A stretch of DNA of 62,657 nucleotides, counting the filler, from Nemertoderma westbladi (Eukaryota; Animalia; Xenacoelomorpha): NCBI GenBank assembly GCA_032718475.1. It is 5 parts of 5 records of this genome, joined end to end, with 100 filler letters (N's around TTAATTAATTAA, not from the genome) between each part and the next. Parts side by side here need not be neighbours in the genome. Positions count along the whole stretch, not along the records: positions 1 to 14,720 come from JAUCBJ010004135.1; positions 14,821 to 31,331 come from JAUCBJ010000902.1; 3 more parts are not named here. One strand, written 5' to 3'. A program made the translations under genes and the position numbers. Under the pieces are notes generated by a model that worked only from the letters and a program-made list of their open reading frames with translations, was not told the DNA's origin and did no database searches. Within the stretch, counting starts at the first letter, position 1. Each line of letters opens with the position of its first letter. This document shows positions 13,501 to 25,459 of the stretch, piece by piece.

Positions 13501-14271
13501 TTGTTGCTCGTTGCTCATTGTTACTCGTTGTTGTACTTTATTATTGCTCATTCAGTCATTGTTAATCGTTGTTGTACTTTATTATTGCTCATTGTTGCTC
13601 ATTGTTGATCGTTGTTGCTCATTGTTGTACTTTATTATTGCTCATTGTTGCTTATTGTTGCTCGTTGTTGCTCATTGTTGTACTTTATTATTGCTCATTG
13701 TTGCTTATTGTTGCTCGTTGTTGCTCATTGTTGCTTGTTGTTGCTCATTGTTGCTCGTTCTGTCGTTGTTGTACATTATTGCTCGTTGTTGCTCATTGTT
13801 GCTCGTTGTTGCTCATTATTGCTCGTTGTTGCTCATTGTTGCTCGTTGTTGTTCATTGTTGTACTTTATTATTGCTCATTGTTGCACGTTGTTGCTCGTT
13901 GTTGCTCATTGTTGGTCATTGTTGCTCGTTGTTGTACTTTATTATTGCTCATTGTTGCTCGTTGTTGCTCATTGTGGCTCGTTGTTGGTCATTGTTGCTC
14001 ATTGTTGGTCATTGTTGTTCATTATTGCTCGTTGTTGGTCATTGTTGCTCATTGTTGGTCATTGTTGCTCATTGTTGTACTTCATTATTGCGCATTGTTG
14101 CTCGTTGTTGCCCATTGTTGCTCGTTGTTCCTCGTTGTTGCTCGTTGTTGCTCATTGTTGCTCGTTGTTGCTCATTGTTGCTCGTTGTTGCTCATTGTTG
14201 CTCGTTGTTGCTCATTGTTGCTCGTTGTTGCTCATTGTTGGTCATTGTTGCTCGTTGTGCATTTTAGCACC
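10546..14271. mobile_element. Foldback-type DNA element with long inverted arms built of 10-bp repeats (GAGCAACAAY)
   Basis: Termini TA|GGTGCTAAAATGCACAACGAGCAACAATGACCAAC and its exact reverse complement ending CC|TA; left arm ~10546-12045, right arm ~13500-14271; non-coding centre. Confidence 0.9.
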
Positions 14272-14720
14272 TAAATACCCTTTTGACTTTTGACTTCAAC
14301 TCGGTAGTGTGAACGTGGCCTGAGAATGTTTGGAATTGCTTCTTTTTTTTTATTTAAGAACACTACCGGTAATATATAAAAAATGTTCTAGAATTTATAT
14401 TTAATAACCAACATTGTGTAGGGCCTACACAAAATATTAAAAATTGCAAAATCTAGCTAGTATAATATCACTTTTGTAATTAAAAAAACACAATTAATTA
14501 GTACTACAAGTTTCAAATAATTTTTGAATATAGCTAACTGTATATATCACACGGTGTGATATACAATATATCAAGAACCGCTTAAAATAAGTGAGAACAT
14601 GTGATAAACAGGTATATTATCGGTATATTGGTATATAGCGCCCTATTGCGCTACTCTGTTGCTCTGTGAGATTTGAAATACCTGTATATACATACACTGA
14701 TACACGGATGATGTGAAACA

Positions 14721-14820
14721 NNNNNNNNNNNNNNNNNNNNNNNNNNNNNNNNNNNNNNNNNNNNTTAATTAATTAANNNNNNNNNNNNNNNNNNNNNNNN
14801 NNNNNNNNNNNNNNNNNNNN
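14721..14820. other. Artificial contig spacer (N44-TTAATTAATTAA-N44)
   Basis: Six-frame stop linker within Ns; identical at four sites. Confidence 0.97.
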
Positions 14821-16235
14821 AGGCATGGAGATCGATCAACTTGCTTGCTGGTCGAAAAGCCAACCAACCACCAAGGTTAAGGCTGAATCAACAGCCGATC
14901 GCCTCAATAGTTGGAAAGCCCACTTTGAAAAGCTCCTCAATAATGACAGGGTATTGCCTGATAACTTTATAGAAGTAAAAGTGTCTGAGTCTGTACTGAC
15001 AGATATTCCCAATGGCGATATCTCCTTTGCTGAAGTGAAGGCTGCTGCAAAGAGTATTAAAACCAATCGTGCCAGTGGTGTAGATGGTTTCCCCCCTGAG
15101 GTCTTTAAAATACCTGAGTGTTTAAAGCTCATCTATCCCATCATAGTAGACATGTACAGAACAACTAGAGTCCCACAAGAAATGAAAACAAATAAGTTGG
15201 TGCCAGTTCCCAAGAGAAGGGCAACCTAACACTCTATGGTTCTTTTCGGGGAATCTCATTGATCTCGATTGCTGCAAAGCTATACATTAGAATTCTATTA
15301 AATCGCATCAGGGATCCCATTGAGAAACTGCTCCGTGGAAATCAGAATGGGTTCCGTAAAGAGCCCATTTTGGCACTTAGAAGGATAATTGAAAAGTTGT
15401 CAAAAAAGAAAGACATGCATCTGGCTGTTATCTTTGTTGACTTCTTCAAGGCCTTTGATTCAGTCTCTCGCTCACGTATGTTCAGCATACTTTCATTATA
15501 TGGGATTCCTGATGAAATTATTGCAGCAATCAGATCAGTATACGATGGTTCGACAACATTTGTGTCTACTGTTGATGGTGGCACAGAACCATTTAACGTA
15601 TTATGGGGAGTCCTCCAAGGAGACACACTTGCACCATTCTTGTTCATAATTGTAGTTGACTATGTTCTACGCATGTCCTTAGATCATCATAATGGTGATG
15701 GGGTGATGGTAACTCCACCTACTGGCTCCAGAAGTCGAGGAAATCCTGCCAAGTACCTAACTGATCTAGACTTTGCTGATGACTTAGGAGTACTCTCAGA
15801 ATCACTAGAGGGAGCCCAACGGCTCCCCAGCTCATTAGGACAGGCTGCTTCCAGTGTTGGTGTTTTTATTAACTCCAAAAAGACCAAAATTTTGATAGTT
15901 AACTTTGAAAGTCCTCAGCAAGTCTCTGACCGGATGAGCATAAGCTCAAAGGATGGTATGCTTGAGCATGTGGACGACTTCTGTTACCTGGGACCATGGA
16001 TCCGGAAGTCAGGCGAGGACCTTCGAATGCGTAAGGGAAAGGCATGGGCAGCCTTGATTGGATTGGCCCTTCAAGGATTTGGAAGTCATACAGAATTCAT
16101 TGGTTCCCCCATGCTTGACACTTTACAAAATTGCTGTCGCCGTGATCACCAGCCTGTGCACAATCTTGTGCTTTGGCGGCCTCATGGAGTACAGCTTCAT
16201 GGGCATGGTAGAATGGTTGACTTTCACTTTTAAGT
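14821..16235 (+). mobile_element. Decayed RTE-clade LINE reverse transcriptase
   Basis: RASGVDG, ISIAAKLY, NQNGFR, FVDFFKAFDSV, GVLQGDTLAPFLF, LDFADDL and VDDFCYLG; frameshift near 15220; close paralog at 60905-61648. Confidence 0.9.
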
Positions 16236-17904
16236 CAATTTCAAGTCAATTTTAAGTTTTAAGATTCGCAATATATATATATAGCTATTAAATGTCCTAA
16301 GTGTTAAAGAAACTTGGCTTCACCACTTATTGCCTACCCTAACACCTACCAATTTGAATTATATCTTCATTTCCGATTTAATTAACAAAATCTTAAAAAA
16401 TTGTAATCTTCGTGAGAGCGAGTCTGAAATACAATGCTGCTAAAATGTGAGGCAGTCCTAAAATAATACATTATTTTTATACGACAAATAATTATTGTTA
16501 CTTACAGTTGGTCAGGATTTCCAAAGACCCAGGTATCCTGCTAGGCCTATATTATCGCACAGCTTTTCGTAAAATCCGCAAGTCGGAAATCCTAGAAAAT
16601 TTACAAGGATTTTGATTCTTATAAATCCGCCTTTGTTGTAAGACGGGAATGATGATTGCGTGGCAAGCAGAGGTTTTTATTTAGCGTCCGCGCTTGCGTG
16701 AACAGCAGCTCCATCAACCCATATCTAATGTTTGGGAAGCATGTGGCACAATATTGAATTATTTTGTTTAACTTTCCGTACAAACTTTTATGCTTCATTA
16801 GAACGATGGCACGCCCATCTTCATTTAATGTTTAATTTGACGTGAATTTTTAGAAATTAGTCTATATCCATTCCCCCCCTAGGTTATTCATACGTTTTCC
16901 ATGATATTGTTGAATTTCTTTAAATTTTACGTTCGATTGAATCCCCCTGTCATTCATTGGCCACATATGGTCAGTCCATTGAAAAGCAATTCTATATGCT
17001 CAAAAGAAGAAACAGCCGTTTGTAATCCTGAAAAAGTTCAACGATATTCTAACAAACTACTGTATTGTTGGTCTGGGCTGATCGCAAATTAAATATAGAT
17101 GAAATAGATCCATATAACCAAATCCCTAAGTAATGCAAATTGTATCGAAACAATTTTCTGGAATTCCAAATGTTCCACAGCTGTTCGGACGTCGGTACTT
17201 TTGTGATATTGAAAAAATTCATTTAAATTTATTAAGTTATGTCTTTCCATTCCATTGAGTATTATAAAAAACCTGATAAAATGTATAAAATTCAATACGT
17301 ATTGCTACATTACATACATAGGCCCACAGAGAATACATAATACAAGATCAATTGGTTCATTCGAACCAATTCAAACCAATTCGAACCTAAATTCGCACCC
17401 TTTATGGTGCACCAAAATTGGTACATCTCATATCATGTATCATGTACAGTATAGAAATAAGGAGGGCTCTTCTAGGAAAATTTGCATTTACGTCTCGGGC
17501 AACTATTAATTTTGGGAAGAGATGTAACATCCCAAATGCAAATATAACTTATAAACTAGTTACTTAATGGGAAAGCAATAGTCATCTTTTAAATATTAAT
17601 TTATCAGGTGGGTTTGTCCTGAGATAATACGTATAATACGTTAAGATACGTGCATATATAACGCACCATAAATCAGCACAAACTAACATTGAGTGACATT
17701 TGTATTTTGAACTGCAAATAATGGATTTAGCGGCAGTTAGGCTATCTACCAGAATAGTACTTAACATTATGATGCCATGTGATAAGAATAGTATTTACTT
17801 ATAGTGGCAACTCCGAGCTTAATTCAACTACATAATTTTACACACCTGCATAAAGTTAAAATATAATTTTGTATTAAGTTGTGGTAATAACACAACAAAT
17901 CGCG

Positions 17905-19248
17905 ATGTTGTTTTTAAAGGTTGTATTTTTGGTGTTTTTCGGTTTCATAAACGCTGTACCAATTGAAAACAAAATCAGATTTATACCCCGTAGCGAAAAT
18001 AAACATGATGATATCGCACCAACTCTCGCACCCTCTACGGCGACTAACCTGGAAGAACTGTTAGATCTTATTGGTGTGAAGGATTATCAAAGCAGCCAGG
18101 CTAGAGCTTGTAAATTGCCCGAATGCTATATGACCATAGAAGAATTAGCAAAATCTAAAGGTTATCCGTTCCAGAACCATTACGTCACTACAAAGGACGG
18201 CTACATATTGGGTCTGCATAGATTACCACATGGTAGAAATAAGGTGGAATCAGTTAATGAGATAAAGCCAGTGATATTCCTGCAACACGGACTGCTGGAT
18301 AGTTCGGCAACTTGGATGATGAATACAGCCAATGAGAGTGCGGCGTTCGTATTTGCAGATGCGGGATTTGATGTTTGGTTGGGTAATATGAGAGGAAACA
18401 CGTTTTCTCGGAATCATACCACATTGTCGCCCGAGGAATATGATTTCTGGAAGTTCACTTGGGATCAAATGGCAGCATTTGATCTCCCTGCTATGATTGA
18501 TTACGTCACCAAAGTTACATCCCAGAAAGGGATTCATTATGTAGGTCATTCGCAAGGCACAATGACAATGTTCGCAGAACTCCCAAGAAACAATGACCTC
18601 GCGGTAAAAATTAAAACATTCGCTGCGTTAGCTCCAGTTACAACAGTTTCCCACATTGAAGGACTTTTCAAATATCTTGGTACCTCTGGAGTTGGGACCA
18701 TTCTGGTTGATCTTCTGAAAGCTATCCATCATGGTGAATTTCTTCGAAATGATATCATAACCAAAGCTTTAGGGAGGTACTTTTGTGACAATCACGCCAT
18801 TGATATCTTATGTGAAGACGTAGTATTTGCTCTTGTGGGATATGATGTCTCAAACACAAACATTACAAGAATACCTGTTTACGTAACAAAAACTCCAGCC
18901 GGCACTTCCGTTCAAAATTTCGAGCATTATATACAGCAGTTCAACAGCGGTAACTTTCAAGCATACGACTACGGAAGCAAAGAAGCGAACATAGCTAAGT
19001 ATAACCAGTCGTCACCACCTCTGTACCACACTGATAACATCACCACACCTATAGCGCTGTTCACTGGTGGTAAAGATTGGTTGGCGGACCCACAAGATGT
19101 TGCCAATCTGTTGCCCCATCTACATTCTGTAGTATTAAGTAAATATGTTCCCCATTACAATCACTTAGACTTCACATGGGGTATCGATGCACGGAAGTAT
19201 GTTTATGATCCAATAATTAATTTGGTAAAACTCATTGAATTAATGTGA
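17905..19248 (+). CDS. Secreted/lysosomal acid lipase (LIPA/gastric triacylglycerol lipase family, alpha/beta hydrolase), single exon
   Basis: Hydrophobic signal peptide after ATG 17905 (the track starts at GTG 17881); TKDGYILGLHR, LQHGLL, GFDVWLGNMRGNTFSR, nucleophile GHSQG, PAGTSVQN, catalytic Asp in DWLAD and His in NHLDF. Confidence 0.96.
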   Translation: MLFLKVVFLVFFGFINAVPIENKIRFIPRSENKHDDIAPTLAPSTATNLEELLDLIGVKDYQSSQARACKLPECYMTIEELAKSKGYPFQNHYVTTKDGYILGLHRLPHGRNKVESVNEIKPVIFLQHGLLDSSATWMMNTANESAAFVFADAGFDVWLGNMRGNTFSRNHTTLSPEEYDFWKFTWDQMAAFDLPAMIDYVTKVTSQKGIHYVGHSQGTMTMFAELPRNNDLAVKIKTFAALAPVTTVSHIEGLFKYLGTSGVGTILVDLLKAIHHGEFLRNDIITKALGRYFCDNHAIDILCEDVVFALVGYDVSNTNITRIPVYVTKTPAGTSVQNFEHYIQQFNSGNFQAYDYGSKEANIAKYNQSSPPLYHTDNITTPIALFTGGKDWLADPQDVANLLPHLHSVVLSKYVPHYNHLDFTWGIDARKYVYDPIINLVKLIELM

Positions 19249-19351
19249 TAATACAGTAAAAGAAACTAAAGTACCTGAATATTAATACTGTATACAGTAC
19301 TACCGGACCGTTTGGCCTATATCAACTATGAATAATTATTAGTAATATGTG

Positions 19352-19357
19352 AATAAA
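19352..19357 (+). terminator. Candidate polyadenylation signal of the lipase gene
   Basis: AATAAA about 100 nt downstream of the stop codon. Confidence 0.5.
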
Positions 19358-19699
19358 AGTGTATCAAATACAGTACAGTATATATAATTACTGAGCTGTA
19401 TTTTGGAATCTGAAACACATTCAACTTCAGTACTGAAGATTATCCATTAAGATAAATTATTTTTGTGTATTGTTTGTTACCGGTACTTAAATACGGTGGC
19501 CCACAGCGGCCATACGTAAAAACTTTAACTTCATGACTTAAAGTATTAAAGTATTTATATATTTATATGTTTTATTGACCATAATAATAAAATTTTACAC
19601 GGCACAACAATGTAATAAATCGTCACATTAATCAATTCTGTTACAATCACATTTAATTACATTAAACTAAAAAATCTAAATTGAATCTACTGTAAGTTT

Positions 19700-21000
19700 A
19701 GTACCCCCCCCCCCCCCCCCCTAACACTTATGTACTACGGCTCACACGTTTTTAATACATCTGATACGAAACTGCAAACATCTACGTAATTATTATTTGA
19801 CCATAGAGTCTCTAACGATGAAAATTGTAATTTATTATATTTGTTCCTACAGTGCTCAGTCAGCTCACAGTATAATAGTACATGATCTTCGTCTTGGATG
19901 CTGTTATTATCGCACAAGCATACCCGGAGCGGCCTCGGGGTTCTGCTCCACCGGCCTTTCTCAACGCGTAAGTTGTGCGATATTAATCACAAACGGGTAA
20001 AATCTTTCCTCACTATCTCAGGGATATAATTCCTACTGATAAATTGGATGAGGGTTTAGATTCCTATTTAGAACTGACCTACAGTATATGTATGAAATTT
20101 TGTAGCACTATCAGGCTTATTTAATATTCTATTTCTTACACTATCAAGTTTATTAGTAACCCTATTATGAGTATTGTTAGTAGACTCCATTAAATATCTA
20201 TAACCTGGAGTATTATTTTCTTGACAAATATCAATGACCTGTATTATTGGTAATTCTTTATCGTTACCCTTTAACAGTTTTCGTATAAAATTACCCCTAC
20301 GTACTGTAATCATTTCACTAAGTAATGGCATACCCATTTCTATTAAGCACATATCGTTTGGTGTCTGTTCGCGCACTGAAAGCAATACCTTAACCATACG
20401 GTGGTAATGTTTTTCTATCACTTTTAGATTATCTGTAAGCCATGATTCCGATCCGTATAATATTGACGATAAAACAGCCGCCTCAAATACTTGTCTTTTC
20501 ATAATAAATGGCAGATCAGGATTCGCACCATTAAAAATCATAAACTTATTCACCGTATCTCTGCAAATATCATTATGTAAACTAAGCGCAGTAGATAATT
20601 TTCCATCCTCTGTGAAAATACTACCTAAATAAATATAATCCGTACAGTGGTTAACTTTTATACGCATACACTCCATTGCCTTACCGTTACCGTTACCTTA
20701 CTGTTACCATTAACTACGAAAAATTTAGTTTTCTTCTGATTTACTTGCATACCATATTGATTACAGTACTCCAACATTATTGTTAATTTATCGATACATC
20801 GCACACGAGTAGTGGCAAGTAAAACAGTGTCGTCCATTAATAACAATATCTGTACTACACCTAGGAATCCATCCGTACGGTAAGCACCGAAAATCATTGT
20901 AACTAAACGATTGAGGTATATGCAAAAAAGGGTGACGCTGGTTGGCGCCCCCTGGCGGACTCCTACTGAAGTAATAATAGTGATAATTAATGGAGTATAT
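19700..21000 (-). mobile_element. 5'-truncated, frameshifted non-LTR retrotransposon (RT C-half plus Cys/His knuckle)
   Basis: GVRQGAPTS (~20935-20965), LLLMDDTVLLAT, YIYLGSIF, ILYGSESW and C-terminal C..DEDHVLLYC. Confidence 0.85.
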
Positions 21001-21573
21001 TTACAAATCTTGTGATGAGATCCATTGGAGAGATACTGAGCTGCGGCCTGCGTCTATATCCGCTTAGGGGGCCCAGTGAGATAGTTGTATCGCTAACGCT
21101 AATATCGGGCTGGTGGTCAATGGCATCTACTGTAGTATAGCAGAGGTGGAGGCGTATTTGCTTATGCCACACTACTGTTTCCAGAAGAAACTTCTTACTA
21201 ATTGTACGTGTGGTAAACAGCTGACATTGTCTGGCAAGATTCACAAGATTTGTCTGAGTAGAAACTGTTGGAGAGCTACGCCTACGTGCATCTGCCTTTT
21301 GTGTAGCGGCCAGGTGTCAGACAAGGATAACGCCACAACCTGTGCCAGAATTCCAACCTCTACGTCAACTTTTAAACGTGCACTATTATTTATATGCACT
21401 GGACCACGGCAAAACTTAAGTAACTCTATTTTACGTAACTCTATTTTAAATTCGCTTATTTTAATTATCATTTTCTATTTATATACTTTATGATATATAT
21501 TTCATGTTTTAATATCCTACTTAACTTATCCTAGTATACTTGGGTCCTGTCTATCTATTTATTACTTTATGGG

Positions 21574-21847
21574 CACATGTGAAGAATACAAGACTTTATG
21601 CCGTTATACTGTATTTCACTTTGCAGTAACCCCCATGTGAAGAATACCAGGTTTTCACCAAAAACACAGGTTACAGAAGGGCTGAATCTAATCAAAACAA
21701 TAAACGACTTAGTGTATGTACAGGTTGTAAGACAGAAATAAGCGCTATAAAACACTTAATAAAGATAAATAAAAAAAAAAATCTTCATATATTTAAAATT
21801 CCAATAAAAGGTCGAGAAAAGTAAAATCCTGGTATTCTTCACATGTG
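21574..21847. mobile_element. Short TIR element (CACATGTGAAGAATAC termini)
   Basis: 16-bp terminal inverted repeat; second copy at ~47841-48139; no TSD seen. Confidence 0.7.
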
Positions 21848-22312
21848 GAACGGTAGAAACCTTAATAATTAATTAATGAAGTAATTATTTCCGGCACATT
21901 TGACTGTTACTGGTTACTCTATGAAAAGTAACCGTGAGGTGTTTGTTTAATAATAAAACAAAGAAATGCGTTGTGTTTAAATTTCCCTCCCTTTCCCTAT
22001 TGTATACAGTTGCGACTAATTAAATTTAATGGAATATCAGATGGCTGCCATTAATTTATTTACACGATTGTTTCAGAAATCCGCGTAAATACTTTAATGG
22101 AAGTAATGCAATTAAAGTTTTTACGTATGGCCGCTGTGGGACGCCGTATTTAATAATTAATAATATGAATAACTTATTACAAATAAACCTTTTTACTAAT
22201 AATGATGCAATGATGGTACCGGTACTGTTTACTGTTATAATAGACAACTTAAATTAGGCCAAGCCTGATAATTAAAGCACATATCTTAGTATAAATATAT
22301 GCGGGTAGGCAG

Positions 22313-23281
22313 GGGTGCATGTAAAGAGCGGACTGCGGACTGTGGATTGTCAATTAAAAGCCCAATTATGCGCGGTCAATTTGAATTATAGCATTATAAT
22401 GTAAGAATCCGCTCTTTGTTGTCTGGACAAACGGCGGACTGAAGCCAGAAAATTGTAACCTGATTGGCTCAATCATTTACATAGGCCCAAAGGGAACTTT
22501 CCTGAATCCTCTTATTGGCTTAAATGTTTTCATTGTGACACATAGCAGCATAGAGATGGAAACACAAACAATATTCCAACATTGCTACAGTATAATTAAT
22601 TATACTGCAAGTAATTAAGTAGCACTACCGGTGCGGTATCAATTAAGCTTCCGTCAGCAGGCATGTACTGTTGGCCTACCGGCTACTGGTCAGCCGGTTG
22701 AAGTTTTCGATTAATTCAAACTAAAACCAAGTAGCCTATCATAAGTAACGTAATCGATGACGGCCGTATTGCACGTGTAGTAGGCCTATTCTTAAACGTC
22801 CAAAACTAAACTCACTATAATACATCCAGGCTTACGTAAGATGAGAGTGCCTTGATGTGAAAGTTTAGGAAAATATTACCTGATTACTACAGTACTATAT
22901 TTACAGTAGAGGTATAGGTTCGCCACTAGTCCTCTGTAGGTATAGGTTCGCCACTAGTTAGTAGCCCCTTAATCAACAGCAACAGTCCACGTAATTACTG
23001 TATAGGATAATTATTTCCTGTATTAGTGTTGCACAATGGTAAACATTTAAAAGCCAATGCTGCAATGGGATGATTCATTCTTTAAGTTCCCTTTCAGCCT
23101 ATGTAAATGATTGAGCCAATCAGGTTACAATTTACCGGCTTCAGTCCGCCATTTGTCCAGACAACAAAGAACGGATTCTTAGTTTGGAAGTCGATAATTT
23201 AAATTGACCGCGTGGATTTTGGCAATCCGCAGTCCACAGTCCGCCAGTCCGCAGTCCGCAGTCCGCTCTTTACATGCACCC
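22313..23281. mobile_element. Mutator-like non-autonomous element
   Basis: ~190-bp TIRs starting GGGTGCATGTAAAGAGCGGACTGCGGACTG; perfect 9-bp TSD GGTAGGCAG at 22304-22312 and 23282-23290. Confidence 0.9.
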
Positions 23282-23979
23282 GGTAGGCAGGCCAAAGCAT
23301 ACAGAAGAATGAGTAAGGGGTGTTACGTATTCCTGTTCAAATTTCTGTAACACATGTCTGCATGTATGGGCATGCATTCTACCAATATTGTTAGTGTTTC
23401 ATTCACGGATAATACTGTACACTAATCTGGACCGAACTGGATCGAAAGAGTGGCGAACTGGATCGCCAAATGAAAGATAACCTAAAAACAACCATCCATG
23501 CAGACAGGTGAAAATTAATATCTCAATTGGTCTTTTCATACATTATAAATTTAGTTGCTTATAAGATGTCGCTCAATTAAGATTGCTTGCTTCACATAAA
23601 ACACTGCTGTACTCCTTTTACCGCCTACCAGTAGCAGGTATCTGGGTTTATAGTGTTTATAGATTGCAGTATTTTGCGTACCGGTAGTTGTATTCAATGC
23701 AGCAATGAATGACAGTACCGGAAGCCAGAGTACACACGGTAAAGAAGTACCGGTATTCATAAATTAATGAATTGTAATTCATTAAATTGAAATCTAGGCT
23801 ACCGGTAAATAAATAAATATTGCTTATAATAAATTTAAATAAATAAATACAGAAATAGTAGTGCCAGATTTCTGGCGTTTGTTAAAAACACTGAACAGCG
23901 GAACGATGCCGATCAGCCGATCCGGACTGCCAGATCAGAAAGAGTCTATTAAATGGAAACCCTGTATCGATCGCGACCA

Positions 23980-24185
23980 GGGACGATGGCGGCGGAGTCT
24001 ATTAAACCCGAGACGGTCACGGCGGGCTGGCGGAGCCTATTAAACTCGGAACGATGGCGACGGAGTTTATTAAACCCGGGAAGATGACAGTGGAGTCTAT
24101 TAAACCCGGGACGATGCGACGGCTGGACCGAGTCTTTAAACCCGGGATGATGACGGCGGAATCTATTAAACCTAAACGATGGCTT
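23980..24185. repeat. GC-rich ~30-bp tandem repeat, about 6 copies
   Basis: Unit approximately CGATGGCGGCGGAGTCTATTAAACCCGGGA. Confidence 0.85.
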
Positions 24186-25459
24186 CGATTCTGAGTCTAT
24201 TAAGCATTTTACTGGTTTGTGAGATCGACCTGCCAATACTAACTACTGCTTTCTCCGAATTCCTAGTAATATATTTTGATCTTAATAATAATTATTCAAC
24301 CAACATCAATTATTTTAAAGGCCAAAAAGTCTTGTCAATGTATAAAAATGGTAAAGACTAAATAGCTTAGAATTATAATTAATTTTGTTGTTTATACTGT
24401 TATAATTATTTATACTGTAAAGGAATTATATCTTTTGGCAATCTACCGTACTGTATGAGCGACCATGATGATAAAAGGAAATGTTGCCGAAATATTTTCA
24501 CTTAATTGCAGATAGAAGGGGGGGGGGGGGGGGGGTGTCTTTAGATGCAATCAAAATTCTTCCCTCTCCAGGTGAAAATCGACGCAAATAACAGCTGTTT
24601 ACTCCTAAAAATAAAACTGTAACCTGTTCTATTGAGTTTTATTTATTCCTTTTTGTTAGAATAACGTGCCACCGTAACCTGCTAATTTTCCTTAATAAAT
24701 AATTTACCATGAGACATGCTAATTATTTGCCGATGACAGTATTTGCGTCAATTCCCCATTGCGATCAGCGCCATTGCCAATACCCGACTATGTATAAAGT
24801 AGTATTAAGCGCTAGTTACATAATAAATATTCGAAAACACTAAACTATTTACGGCCACCGTAATTATACAGGTTAATTTGCTTCTGGAAGGCGTCAGTAA
24901 TTATTATATTCAGTTTTACTCGCTTCAGGTTATTATTTCCGTATATTACAGTAACTCTAGAACATTGCAACATTGTATGTATCCCTATAGATTATTCCCT
25001 ATATTAAAGAATTCTTTATACAGTTAGTGGGAATGTAATAAAGTTTAAAAATATTACGAGTAAAACATGGCGAGTAAAATATCTTTTTTTGAAGAAGATT
25101 TTTAGAATGTTATTACACTCAGATTTTACTATTAAACATAAAATAAAAACAACCGTTAAAATGTAACAATCAAAGGCAATACAACATTAAAGCACGAACA
25201 ATCAAATTTAAATTATTTAATAATTAATTAATTATACACAATAAACTTTCACTTCCATGCTCAATTCGGATTGTGCCTTAAGGTAATCGTTAATTGTCGA
25301 CTATAGTAATGTCGACTTCCTCAAATTCTGAGTTACACGACATACAAATATGTCATGTCAACGTCGAGGAAAATTACGATAAGAATAAGTACCGGTACTT
25401 TCTTGTCCGATCTATTGTAAATTTATAATCTGCAATCTACCTCCTACACAGTAATTAAT

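Noticed and set aside
10521-14293. Many long Cys/Leu/Val-rich ORFs (LLIVARCCS repeats)
   Set aside because: Open in all three frames because the 10-bp repeat lacks stops on one strand; they are foldback arms, not genes
14765-14776. TTAATTAATTAA as a biological motif
   Set aside because: Identical linker centred in N runs at four places; assembly artefact
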